Counted from the stretch's first letter, positions 43,977 through 52,721 are shown. The stretch: DNA of 64,000 nucleotides from an uncultured Eubacteriales bacterium (GCA_934432725.1 CAKRZE010000001.1:137945-201944), one strand, 5' to 3'. A program made the numbers and translations. Notes: generated by a model from the letters alone, not told the origin.

Positions 43977-45116
43977 GTGTGCGGATCGGGTATTTTCATG
44001 AACAGTGCTTTATACGGAGAACTCAGCGTAATCGGAACCTGCGGCTGTGAGCAGTTTCTGAAGAAGGTTGATTCTTATCTGCGCGAATGGCGCGGATCGG
44101 ACAGCTCTTTTATTACTGTACCGGAGTGCAAAAGGTTCGGTTCCGGTGAAGCAAAGGCGATGCTGCATGATTCCCTTCGCGGCTATGACGTATACATTGT
44201 CGCCGACATGTATAACTACGGTGTCAAATACCGGATGTACGGCGCGGAATATCCGATGAGCCCGGATGACCATTTTCAGGATCTGAAACGCATTATCAAT
44301 GCAATTGCAGGAAAAGCGCGCCGCATTTCTGTCGTCATGCCGATGATGTATGAAAGCCGCCAGGACAAGCGTCATATGCGTGAGTCTCTGGACTGCGCCA
44401 TGGCATTGCAGGAGCTTGAGAACATGGGAGTCTCCAACATCCTGACCTTTGACGTTCATAACATCGGCGTACAGAACGCGATCCCCCTGATCGGCTTTGA
44501 CAATATCAAATGTACATATCAGATGATCAAGGCTTTGGTTCGCGTGGAGCCGGACATTGTCGTGGATGCGGACAACCTGATGGTCGTTTCTCCGGATGAA
44601 GGCGGAATGGAACGCTGCATCTATTATTCCTCCGTGCTCGGCTGCGACCTCGGCATGTTCTACAAGCGCCGTGACTACACGATTGTTGTAAACGGAAAAA
44701 ATCCGATCGTTGCGCATGAATATCTCGGCAGACCGGTTGAGGGAAAGGATGTTATCATTGTTGACGATATCATCTCCTCCGGTGAATCCATGATGGATGT
44801 CGCATATCAGCTGAAGCAGCGCGGAGCAAAACGGATTTTTATCTTTGCGACCTTTGGTCTGTTCTGTGAGGGACTTGAAACGATTGATGCAGCATATCGC
44901 GCCGGCAATTTCACCAAGATCTTTACAACAAACCTGGTATACCGCAGTCCTGAGCTGCTTGCACGTCCATGGTATACGGAGGTTGACCTGAGCAAATATG
45001 TGGCGCTTTTGATCGATACCCTGAACCATGATGAAACGATCAATCATGTGCTGAACCCCGGCGAGAAAATCAAGGCATTGCTTGAGCGGCACAAATCAGC
45101 TCTTGAGCATTCTTAA
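43977..45116 (+). CDS. prs: Ribose-phosphate pyrophosphokinase-like protein (long form)
   Basis: Prs-type motifs: RRISVVMPMMYESRQDKR, DVHN, VSPDEGG, and the PRPP loop VIIVDDIISSGESM. A GTG at 43977 has an AAAGGAA SD 10 nt upstream. The alternative ATG at 43998 has no SD. Confidence 0.75.
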   Translation: MCGSGIFMNSALYGELSVIGTCGCEQFLKKVDSYLREWRGSDSSFITVPECKRFGSGEAKAMLHDSLRGYDVYIVADMYNYGVKYRMYGAEYPMSPDDHFQDLKRIINAIAGKARRISVVMPMMYESRQDKRHMRESLDCAMALQELENMGVSNILTFDVHNIGVQNAIPLIGFDNIKCTYQMIKALVRVEPDIVVDADNLMVVSPDEGGMERCIYYSSVLGCDLGMFYKRRDYTIVVNGKNPIVAHEYLGRPVEGKDVIIVDDIISSGESMMDVAYQLKQRGAKRIFIFATFGLFCEGLETIDAAYRAGNFTKIFTTNLVYRSPELLARPWYTEVDLSKYVALLIDTLNHDETINHVLNPGEKIKALLERHKSALEHS

Positions 45117-45178
45117 GACTTTTGTTCATTCGATCTGTAATTCTGCCTGAAGGATATCAGGTTTATACACAAAAAATC

Positions 45179-45210
45179 AGCCCGCTATCGAACCGATGGC
45201 GGGTCTTTTG
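45179..45210 (+). terminator. Terminator after the prs-like gene
   Basis: CCCGC, 13 nt loop, GCGGG, then TCTTTT. Confidence 0.5.
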
Positions 45211-45281
45211 TTCGGCGCCCGCAAGTGATTTACGAAAACCGGCATATGTTGACGTTTTCATAGAATATCAGCTTTCCAGCC

Positions 45282-45310
45282 TTGAAATTTTCCCTATATT
45301 ATGGTATAAT
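45282..45310 (+). promoter_or_regulatory. Near-consensus promoter opening the module array
   Basis: TTGAAA, then a 17 nt spacer ending in TGG, then TATAAT. Confidence 0.6.
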
Positions 45311-45312
45311 AA

Positions 45313-45420
45313 CCGCAGGAAGGGCTGCCGAGCATCCCTTCGCGGCTGACGCCTCTCCGTGCTTCGCACGGCTGCGGCATTGACGGCTTCGCAAAAATGT
45401 CTGTGCAAGCACACATTTTT
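45313..45420 (+). ncRNA. A-type structured module 1 with intrinsic terminator (candidate small RNA)
   Basis: P1 CCGCAG (45313-18) / CTGCGG (45372-77). Hairpins are GAAGGG-11 nt-CCCTTC, GGC-TGAC-GCC, and CCGTGC-TTC-GCACGG. The tail is TTGACGGCTTCGCAAAAATG (45380-99). The terminator is AAAAATGTCTGTGCAAGCACACATTTTT (45393-45420). Confidence 0.5.
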
Positions 45421-45429
45421 GCTTCATGA

Positions 45430-45520
45430 TATAATAAATGTGGATAACAATCGCACGACAGGCGCAGTTAATCTGCCGCATTCTGCGAATTTGCCGGCTT
45501 TGCCGTCAAATTCATGACAT
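45430..45520 (+). repeat. X-type module inside the array, with its own TGaTATAAT box
   Basis: TATAAT at 45430-35, TGTGGATAACAA head, and core CTGCCGCATTCTGCGAATTTGCCGGCTTTGCCGTCAAATTCA (45473-45514). Confidence 0.55.
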
Positions 45521-45537
45521 CTTGCTTCAATCTGTAG

Positions 45538-45660
45538 TATAATACGCACAGGAAATCCTCTGCCGAGGCTTTCCGGGGCTTGACAGCCCACAGCGCGGCG
45601 CTTTGCCGCGCGTGCTCCTTGACGGGCGGCGTAAAAATGTTTGTGCAAGCACACATTTTT
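45538..45660 (+). ncRNA. A-type structured module 2 with intrinsic terminator
   Basis: TATAAT at 45538-43. P1 GCAC/GTGC. Hairpins are GGAAA-14 nt-TTTCC, GGGC-TTGACA-GCCC, and GCGCGGC-GCTTT-GCCGCGC. The tail is TTGACGGGCGGCGTAAAAATG, with the same terminator hairpin as module 1 (45633-45660). Confidence 0.5.
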
Positions 45661-45668
45661 ACTTGCGG

Positions 45669-45769
45669 TTTAATACGCACAGGAAACCCTCTGCCGAGGC
45701 TTTCCGGGGCTTGACAGCCCTCAGCGCGGCGCTTTGCCGCGCGTGCTCCTTGACGAGCGGCGTAAAAAC
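45669..45769 (+). ncRNA. A-type structured module 3 (direct repeat of module 2, no terminator hairpin)
   Basis: 95 nt at 45675-45769 differ from 45544-45638 at 3 positions (period 131 nt). Preceded by a degenerate TTTAAT. Confidence 0.45.
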
Positions 45770-46104
45770 ACCACATCCTCCTCATTTTATCATATCCGGC
45801 TGAAAACTGTCCGGCATCTTGTACCGTAACGCACCCTGCACAAGGCAAGAAAAACTCTGCGGCAGCAGGCGCTCCGACCGCATGCAGATTCTGCCCACAA
45901 TGTCTCGGCAGAAATTTCATATCCTTTTTCGCCAACCATATTTCGTTTCAGCAACCGATTCATCCACGGACATTTATATACTCAACCTCTGTTTTCAAAG
46001 TGCAAAGCTGCTCTGCCGCACAGTTGCAAGCAGTACAGTATTCAACTGCGGCATTCAAACCAACTGAAGCCATCACCGGCATACGCAAGAAAGGAATTTA
46101 GCAT

Positions 46105-48507
46105 ATGCAGCAGATCAAGTATTCTTCCTCCGGCTTGACACAAGCCGAGGCAGAGGAACGGAAAGCGCAGGGACTTTCAAACACAGCCTCCGCTCATACC
46201 GGCAAAAGCATCAAACAAATTATTATATCCAATACATTTACCTATTTTAATGTTATTTTTTTCATCATAACCGTTCTTCTCTGTATTGTTCATTCCTTTC
46301 GGAATCTCACATTCCTGCCAATTGTAATCGGCAACACGCTGGTCGGAATTATTCAGGAAATCCGCGCCAAGAAGGTTCTGGACAAGATGAATCTTCTCAA
46401 CGCCCCGCATGCCGAGGTGATACGGGACGGAAAACAGCAGCAGGTCCGGTCGGAGGAGCTGGTCAAGGACGATGTAGTCATCTTCTCGTCCGGCAATCAG
46501 ATCTGTGCGGATGCGCGTGTTCTGGAGGGCTCGGCTGTCGTAAATGAATCGCTCCTGACCGGTGAAGAAGACGAAATCAAAAAAGAACCGGGCGATATTT
46601 TGCTTTCCGGAAGCTATGTCATATCCGGCGAATGCTGTGCGGTCCTTGAGAAGGTGGGAAATGCTTCTTATATCTCGGGACTTACCGCAGAGGCAAAAAA
46701 GACAAAGGACTCTGAGCAGTCCGAAATGATCCGTTCCATCAACCGTATTGTGAAATGGATGGGAATTCTCCTGATCCCGATCGGCGGTGTTTTATTCTAC
46801 CAAGGTCATTATATCAATCACGAATCCTTCGGCGACAGCATCGTGTCCATGGTGGCGGCAGTCATCGGAATGATCCCGGAGGGCTTGTACTTGCTGACCA
46901 CCGTTGCTTTGGCGCTGGGAACCATCCGGCTGGCGCGCCGGAAGGTTTTGCTGAACGATATGAAAAGCATTGAAGCGCTTGCGCGCGTTGATGTTCTTTG
47001 CGTGGACAAGACCGGAACCATTACAGAGCCGAAAATGCAGCTCCAGAAAATCATTCCGGCAAACAACGAAGAAAAGCTGCCGGAAAACAGCTTCGAAGAG
47101 CTTCTGTTTTACTATGCCGCAGCATCTCCGGACAATAATGCAACAATGGAGGCGCTCCGGACGTTCTGCCGGGATGCCATGGCTGACAAACCAACGGAAA
47201 GCCGGAATCCCACCGATGTACTCCCCTTCTCCTCCGCCGTGAAATACGGTGCCGTAGCCTTTGAAGAAGGAACATGGCTTTTGGGAGCGCCCGAATGTGT
47301 CCTCAGTGAAGCCGTCCTGCATACCTGCCGTATAAAAATCAATCCGTATATCCGAAAAGGCTACCGCGTGCTTGCCTTTGCATTTCAAAAAGAACCGCCT
47401 GAGACCCCGTTAGATTCTGCAAACCGTTACCCTGTATGTTTTCTGGCATTCTCCAACGCGATCCGGGAAAACGCGGAAAAAACATTTCGGTATTTTAAGG
47501 ATCAGGGCGTAGCCATCAAGGTCATTTCCGGCGACAACCCGGAAACCGTATCGGAAATTGCCAAAAACGCCGGTATCGAAAATACCGGACTGTTTGTCAA
47601 TGCAGCAACGCTGGATACCGATGCTGCCATTGAAAAAGCCGCTCAGACCTACACAGTGTTCGGCAGAGTCACGCCAAGACAAAAGCAGAAGCTGGTGCAG
47701 GCGCTCAAAAAGCAGGGGCATACCGTTGCGATGACAGGCGATGGAGTCAATGATATCCTTGCCATGAAAACCGCCGACTGCTCCATTGCCATGGCATCCG
47801 GGAGCGAAGCCGTATCGCAGGCGGCGCAGGTCGTTCTGATGGATTCCGATTTTGCACACATGCCCAATGTCGTAGCAGAAGGCAGACGGGTTGTAAACAA
47901 CATCCAGCGTTCTGCCAGCCTTTTCCTTGTAAAAAATATTTTTTCCGTTCTGCTCTCCATCATGGCATCGGTTCTGATGCTGACCTATCCGCTGGAGCCG
48001 GCACATATTTCCCTGATCAGTATGTTTACCATCGGAATTCCCGGTTTCCTGCTGGCGCTGGAAAGCAATAAAAAAAGAATCGAAGGAAACTTTTTGAAAA
48101 ACGTACTGATCCGTGCCCTTCCTGCCGGCTTGACCGACACGATCATTGTCGGATCCCTTACGATTTTCGGACAGGTATTTGACCTGCCGAAGGGCGATGT
48201 CGCAACGGTTTCCACGCTTGTGCTCTCGGTTGTGGGCTTTATGATTCTGCACAGAATCAGCACACCCTTCAATAAATACCGTCTGTTTGTTTTTCTGGTC
48301 AATATAACCGGCATCATTCTCTCCTTCGCCCTGATTCCGGATTTCTTCTCCATTGCCCGTATACCGATCACAAGTGTACTGCTGACCGTTATTTTCTGCT
48401 TTGCGGCAGAGTCTCTGTTCCGGATTCTGACGTGGATCACGGAGCGCGGCGGCTCCTATATCAGACACCAATGGAAGAAATGGCAGGAAAAACGGCAGCA
48501 GGATTAA
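46105..48507 (+). CDS. Cation-translocating P-type ATPase (P2/P3-like)
   Basis: DKTGTIT phosphorylation site, MIPEGL, TGDGVNDILAMKTADCSIAM hinge, and ~10 TM segments. RBS AAGGAA. Confidence 0.9.
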   Translation: MQQIKYSSSGLTQAEAEERKAQGLSNTASAHTGKSIKQIIISNTFTYFNVIFFIITVLLCIVHSFRNLTFLPIVIGNTLVGIIQEIRAKKVLDKMNLLNAPHAEVIRDGKQQQVRSEELVKDDVVIFSSGNQICADARVLEGSAVVNESLLTGEEDEIKKEPGDILLSGSYVISGECCAVLEKVGNASYISGLTAEAKKTKDSEQSEMIRSINRIVKWMGILLIPIGGVLFYQGHYINHESFGDSIVSMVAAVIGMIPEGLYLLTTVALALGTIRLARRKVLLNDMKSIEALARVDVLCVDKTGTITEPKMQLQKIIPANNEEKLPENSFEELLFYYAAASPDNNATMEALRTFCRDAMADKPTESRNPTDVLPFSSAVKYGAVAFEEGTWLLGAPECVLSEAVLHTCRIKINPYIRKGYRVLAFAFQKEPPETPLDSANRYPVCFLAFSNAIRENAEKTFRYFKDQGVAIKVISGDNPETVSEIAKNAGIENTGLFVNAATLDTDAAIEKAAQTYTVFGRVTPRQKQKLVQALKKQGHTVAMTGDGVNDILAMKTADCSIAMASGSEAVSQAAQVVLMDSDFAHMPNVVAEGRRVVNNIQRSASLFLVKNIFSVLLSIMASVLMLTYPLEPAHISLISMFTIGIPGFLLALESNKKRIEGNFLKNVLIRALPAGLTDTIIVGSLTIFGQVFDLPKGDVATVSTLVLSVVGFMILHRISTPFNKYRLFVFLVNITGIILSFALIPDFFSIARIPITSVLLTVIFCFAAESLFRILTWITERGGSYIRHQWKKWQEKRQQD

Positions 48508-48706
48508 ACGGAACAGGCTCCGTCTGATATCCGTACACCGGTATGCCGCTTTGATGCGCATAAGCCCCTTTGGACCAGCCGGCAGCAAAAAGCCGGCATC
48601 CGCCGGACGGGCACGGTATCGTTAATCTGGATTGTAGGTATGACTTTTTTCCGTACAGACTGAAGAGCGGTCATACCTCCTTCATCACTTTGGCAGTAAA
48701 AGCAGC

Positions 48707-48750
48707 AGAGCGAAGATGAAAGGGATTCCCCTTCCGTCTTCGCTCTTTCT
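48707..48750 (+). terminator. Terminator after the P-type ATPase gene
   Basis: AGAGCGAAGA, 20 nt loop, TCTTCGCTCT, followed by a weak TTCT tract. Confidence 0.45.
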
Positions 48751-48871
48751 GTATCCGGAATTGATTTCTTCTGTTTTTGTGCTTTTCTAAATTCCCGTCT
48801 TTGCTCTTTTTGTGCGGAGCCACGTCCGCTGCCTGTACAATTTTCTTATTCGGAAGCCCGCCCTTTGGTGT

Positions 48872-49729
48872 TCACCCTTTTTCAGCTTCAGCCTTCTGTT
48901 TTGCGCTCTCCGCTGCACGGTCGCCGTCCCGCCGAGCTTCCTTTTTTATACGCTTCTGTTTCCGCAGCCTGAAAAGAAGCAGCCCCGCAAAAACCGCAAG
49001 CAAGGAGAACAGTCCGATGATAACCATACGGTTTGCGTTGTCCGGATAAAAGCATCGTATCATCAGGTATGCGGGCAAAGCTGCGGAGAGCATATCCATG
49101 CAGCACCTTCCCGATCCGGAAAATCTGCCTTCTGCGGCATCAGACATCAGAACAAGCTGCAGGGCAAGCGGATACGGCAGAGAAAATGCAAAAAATGCAA
49201 TGGTTTGCGCCAGAATATGCCCGCTGAACGATGCAATACACAGGCAAACCGTCATCAAAGCGGAAAATGCGGCAAACAGCCAAAAGAGAAAACACCGCAC
49301 CTTTTTTCTGAAATTCTGTGCTTTCCCGATCCCCGCACAGATCCGAATCAAATCTCCGTAAACACGTCGAAGCAGGAACGGAACCCCGAAAAAGGAAATA
49401 CCCGCCGTCACGTAGGGTCCAAGTATAAAATCGGGTCTGGAATACGCATACTGTGCAATCGGGATCAGCAGACAGGACAGAAGCAGGCAAACAGCGGTCG
49501 AAGTCCGAAGCTTTCTTACCACAAGGTTCATCAGAAACAAAGACAATGCCAAAACCGCCACGGGAAGTTTCAGCTGCCGTAAAACCCCCGGTGCCTGCTG
49601 CGCTTTCCCCCACAATCCATTATAGAAAGGAAATGCAAAAACAGCCGCATAAACAAAAAGCAGGCAGCACACCGTCCAGCCGGCAAGCGCTATGACAAAC
49701 AGCAGCTTTTCATACCATATTTTTTTCAT
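48872..49729 (-). CDS. Polytopic membrane protein of unknown function with basic/acidic C-terminal tail
   Basis: About 7-8 hydrophobic segments. The tail is RLRKQKRIKKEARRDGDRAAESAKQKAEAEKG. Start at MKKIWYEK with RBS AAAGGA 8 nt upstream. Confidence 0.55.
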   Translation of the reverse strand: MKKIWYEKLLFVIALAGWTVCCLLFVYAAVFAFPFYNGLWGKAQQAPGVLRQLKLPVAVLALSLFLMNLVVRKLRTSTAVCLLLSCLLIPIAQYAYSRPDFILGPYVTAGISFFGVPFLLRRVYGDLIRICAGIGKAQNFRKKVRCFLFWLFAAFSALMTVCLCIASFSGHILAQTIAFFAFSLPYPLALQLVLMSDAAEGRFSGSGRCCMDMLSAALPAYLMIRCFYPDNANRMVIIGLFSLLAVFAGLLLFRLRKQKRIKKEARRDGDRAAESAKQKAEAEKG

Positions 49730-49923
49730 GACAGCCATCCTTTCCGAAGCAAACAGCGCCCGGCTCATATCACGAAACGCTTGCAGAATAAAAACAGCCG
49801 CCGCCCGGAGCATGACAGGCGGCAGCCGCATAACCGAAAAAAGCCGACAGAAGGCGCGCGGCAGCAATTCGCGCACATCCCGAAGCCCGGTTTCCGGTGC
49901 CGGATATTCCGATCGGAAATGCC

Positions 49924-50643
49924 TTATGCCTCCGGCACCGATGCCGCAACAAACGCGCGGAACAGCGCAGCGGCATCCTCAAATTCCGCCGAGAGCCGCT
50001 CCGGGTGCCACTGTACGCCAAGCACGAACCGCTTTTCGGGCATATAAATTCCCTCCGTCACGCCATCCGAGGTAAAAGCGCAGCGCCGATACCCGGGTGC
50101 AATATTGCGAACCGCCTGATGGTGGTGACTGTTCATGAAGATCGTACTTTTTCCGCCAAGAATGTCGGACAGAAGCGTATCGGGAACCACTTTGATTTTC
50201 TGTGTTGCAATATGAGACGGCGTGCATTGACTGTGCTGGAGCGGAACCTCAGCCTTGACCTGAGACGGAATATCCTGATACAATGTCCCTCCCGCCGCAA
50301 CATTCATCAGCTGAATTCCGCGGCAGATTCCGAAAATCGGCTTATCCGTTTCAATTACCGCACGGTACAGCGCAATCTCCGCTTCATCCCGCATAGGCAG
50401 CACCTCTCCGCAGGAAAGCATCGTTTCCTGCCCGTAGTACGCCGGCATAACGTCCTCTCCTCCAACGAATAAAAAGCCGTCAAAAGCGCTTATCAGCCGC
50501 CGTATGTCCTCTTTCTCCTGCGTCATGCCGAGCATAACCGGAATTCCTCCGGCGCGTGCCACCGACTCCATATAGGTCCGATATATATGATATGACTTGC
50601 CCGAATCGTCAAGACTCGCCGTCAATGCAATCAAAGGCTTCAA
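49924..50643 (-). CDS. Class I glutamine amidotransferase-like hydrolase (peptidase C26, gamma-glutamyl-GABA hydrolase family)
   Basis: GICRGIQLMNVAAGGTLYQDI nucleophile elbow, and HHHQAV. TTG start (KPLIALT) with a GGGGGAA RBS is preferred over the upstream ATG. Confidence 0.75.
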   Translation of the reverse strand: MKPLIALTASLDDSGKSYHIYRTYMESVARAGGIPVMLGMTQEKEDIRRLISAFDGFLFVGGEDVMPAYYGQETMLSCGEVLPMRDEAEIALYRAVIETDKPIFGICRGIQLMNVAAGGTLYQDIPSQVKAEVPLQHSQCTPSHIATQKIKVVPDTLLSDILGGKSTIFMNSHHHQAVRNIAPGYRRCAFTSDGVTEGIYMPEKRFVLGVQWHPERLSAEFEDAAALFRAFVAASVPEA

Positions 50644-50704
50644 TGTAATTCCCCCGTTCCTTTCCAGCCGCATGCTGCGGCAATGTGTAACAAATTGCCC
50701 GTTA

Positions 50705-51694
50705 TCAGTCTTCCCGCACGGAAGAGGACTCCACAGCACCACTGTATGCATGCTTGGTTAAAAAGTTGTTCAGCTCCCCTTCACAGCGGCTTCTGTCTGT
50801 CAGGTAACTGAGTCCGTGCCCCGCATCCTCAACAAGCACCAGCTTCTTTTCCGAAGTACACGCTTCATATGTACGGAGCGTCATTTCGGGCGGGACAAAA
50901 TGGTCCGCCAAACCGTGAAGAAAGAGGACCGGCAGATGATTTTTCCGCATCGCCTCCACCGTGCTGAAATCGGAAAAGCCGTACCCGGCTTTCCTTTTGC
51001 AGATGCGGTTCGTAAGCGGAAGGAAAATCGCGGGAGGCAGATGAAACTGCGTCCGCAGCACATGCCTGAACTCTTCCTCGGGAGAGGTAAACGGACAGTC
51101 GGAGATAATACCCCGCACCTGCTTCGGAAGACGTTCACAGGAAGCCATCAGCACGGTTGTTGCGCCCATGGAGATACCCTCCAGAAAAATATCGGTATTT
51201 TCTCCGACTCTGTCTGCAAGCCATTCTGCCCACACCGGAATATCCCGTCTTTCCAGAATCCCGAATCCGATATAAGTCCCCTCGCTCTCTCCGTGCGCAC
51301 GCTGATCAATCAGAAGAACCGCATACCCCGCCTCATGATAGTACCGCACAATGCAGGAAAAATCAAAATCGGCGCAGGAATGAAACCCGTGTGCAAGCAG
51401 AATCGCGCCCTTCATTTTACCCTCGGCAGGCAGAAACCGACCGTGCAGCTTCAGCCCGTCAAAGCTCGTCACCGTAACCTGCTCCGCCGTCTGTACACGG
51501 ATATACCGCATTCCGCCGCAGATCTCCGCGCCGTACTTTTCCCATTTGGTCCCCTGCATATCCTCCTCGGATGAGGGAGTCTGCGGAAGCCGCCTTGTCG
51601 CGGCGTAATCAAACAGCAAAAACGGAGCTGCCCCGAAAAATATCGCGGCAAGCACCAAAACAAGTCCGATTCCGATCCAGAGAATTGTCTCCAT
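50705..51694 (-). CDS. Alpha/beta-fold hydrolase with N-terminal TM anchor
   Basis: HGFHS oxyanion region, nucleophile elbow GISMGA, and late HG motif (VEDAGHG). RBS AAAGGAG before METILW. Confidence 0.75.
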   Translation of the reverse strand: METILWIGIGLVLVLAAIFFGAAPFLLFDYAATRRLPQTPSSEEDMQGTKWEKYGAEICGGMRYIRVQTAEQVTVTSFDGLKLHGRFLPAEGKMKGAILLAHGFHSCADFDFSCIVRYYHEAGYAVLLIDQRAHGESEGTYIGFGILERRDIPVWAEWLADRVGENTDIFLEGISMGATTVLMASCERLPKQVRGIISDCPFTSPEEEFRHVLRTQFHLPPAIFLPLTNRICKRKAGYGFSDFSTVEAMRKNHLPVLFLHGLADHFVPPEMTLRTYEACTSEKKLVLVEDAGHGLSYLTDRSRCEGELNNFLTKHAYSGAVESSSVRED

Positions 51695-51801
51695 ATATGT
51701 GTCTCCTTTCGGCGCATGCATGCAATGGCGGGAAAAATACAAACGCCTGCTGCATTTTTGCTTTCCGTCAATCAGACAGTCCCCCTCCGATCCCGGAGGG
51801 C

Positions 51802-52671
51802 TTATTTCTGCATCATTTTTTCAAGCTTTTCGCGTTGTCTGGCATAGCGGTATGCTGTTTCATAATCCCCCGCTGCCGCCGCACACCGTTCCCCCATCCT
51901 GTATGCCCGATATTGGTTGACGGCATCCGGTTTTTGCTTCAGCAATCCGTCAAGCAGTGCCAGACAATCTGCCGTGCGTCCTGTCTTCTCTGCCACAGCA
52001 GCCCGAAGCATCGTTTCAAGCATAGGGGAGAGCTTGTCTCTGCAGTTTAAAACGGCATCCGGCAGAGCAAGCTTGCCGCATACAGCCATTGTATAGATAA
52101 AACGCACGACAGCGGCGCTTCCGGCAGCTGCAATGCAATCCGTCAAAACAAACGGAAAATCCGCCGGATCCTCGTTCATGCACAGATCGATTGCCGACAC
52201 ATAGCGTGATGCAAACTCTCCGCATGATGCCGGATACATCGATTGAGCTGCATACGTCAGGCACTGCTGCATCAGCTCCCGCGCCTTTTTCAGTCTCCCC
52301 TTTCGGTACTCCTCTTCACCGAGATGAAAGCAGCAAACCGAAAGCATCAGAAAAAGCTCATCGTCCGGCGGCTCCAGCTGACCGGCAATGCGCAGACACG
52401 CCGCATACTGTTTTTCACAAAACAGCTTTTTCAGCCGGTCAAACACCCGATATTTGACATAAAACGCTTCGTCCTCATCCGACGAAAGAAAGTATCCGGC
52501 AGGCATTTCCAGCCGCTGTGCCAGATACAAAACCGTGGAAACGGACGGAGAAGCCGATCCGCTCTCGATCTGGCTGAGCATATTGCGTGTGATCCTGCCG
52601 CCCGCAAGCTCCGCCTGGGTCAGATTCTTTTCCTTGCGGAGTCTTCGAATCTTTTCTCCGATGGTAGCCAA
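51802..52671 (-). CDS. XRE-family HTH regulator with TPR-like C-terminal domain (RRNPP-like architecture)
   Basis: The N-terminus IGEKIRRLRKEKNLTQAELAGGRITRNMLSQIESGSASPSVSTVLYLAQRL is a canonical Cro/C1 HTH. About 220 aa of helical repeat region follow. Confidence 0.75.
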   Translation of the reverse strand: MATIGEKIRRLRKEKNLTQAELAGGRITRNMLSQIESGSASPSVSTVLYLAQRLEMPAGYFLSSDEDEAFYVKYRVFDRLKKLFCEKQYAACLRIAGQLEPPDDELFLMLSVCCFHLGEEEYRKGRLKKARELMQQCLTYAAQSMYPASCGEFASRYVSAIDLCMNEDPADFPFVLTDCIAAAGSAAVVRFIYTMAVCGKLALPDAVLNCRDKLSPMLETMLRAAVAEKTGRTADCLALLDGLLKQKPDAVNQYRAYRMGERCAAAAGDYETAYRYARQREKLEKMMQK

Positions 52672-52721
52672 ATCCTCTGCCTCCGTTCCGTCCGTGTTCC
52701 GGAGTGTTCCTCCTGCCGGTA

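Noticed and set aside
45552-45575. Similarity of the A-module first hairpin (AAUCC..GAGGCU) to the PyrR binding loop, and of the X core to BglG/LicT RAT sequences.
   Set aside because: Only short partial matches are present. Module 1 lacks the ARUCC element. The RAT palindrome CTGC..GCAG is absent. No pyr, PTS or antiterminator genes are nearby.
45393-45700. Small peptide ORFs inside the modules (MSVQAHIFAS from 45397; MFVQAHIFTCGLIRTGNPLPRLSGA from 45637), considered as type I toxin candidates.
   Set aside because: They have no SD, are not hydrophobic, and the reading frame is not conserved between module copies.
45538-45772. Possible CRISPR array, because of the direct repeats at 45544 and 45675.
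   Set aside because: The repeat unit is 95-131 nt with essentially no unique spacers. There are only two copies, no cas genes are in the window, and the units carry promoter and terminator features instead.
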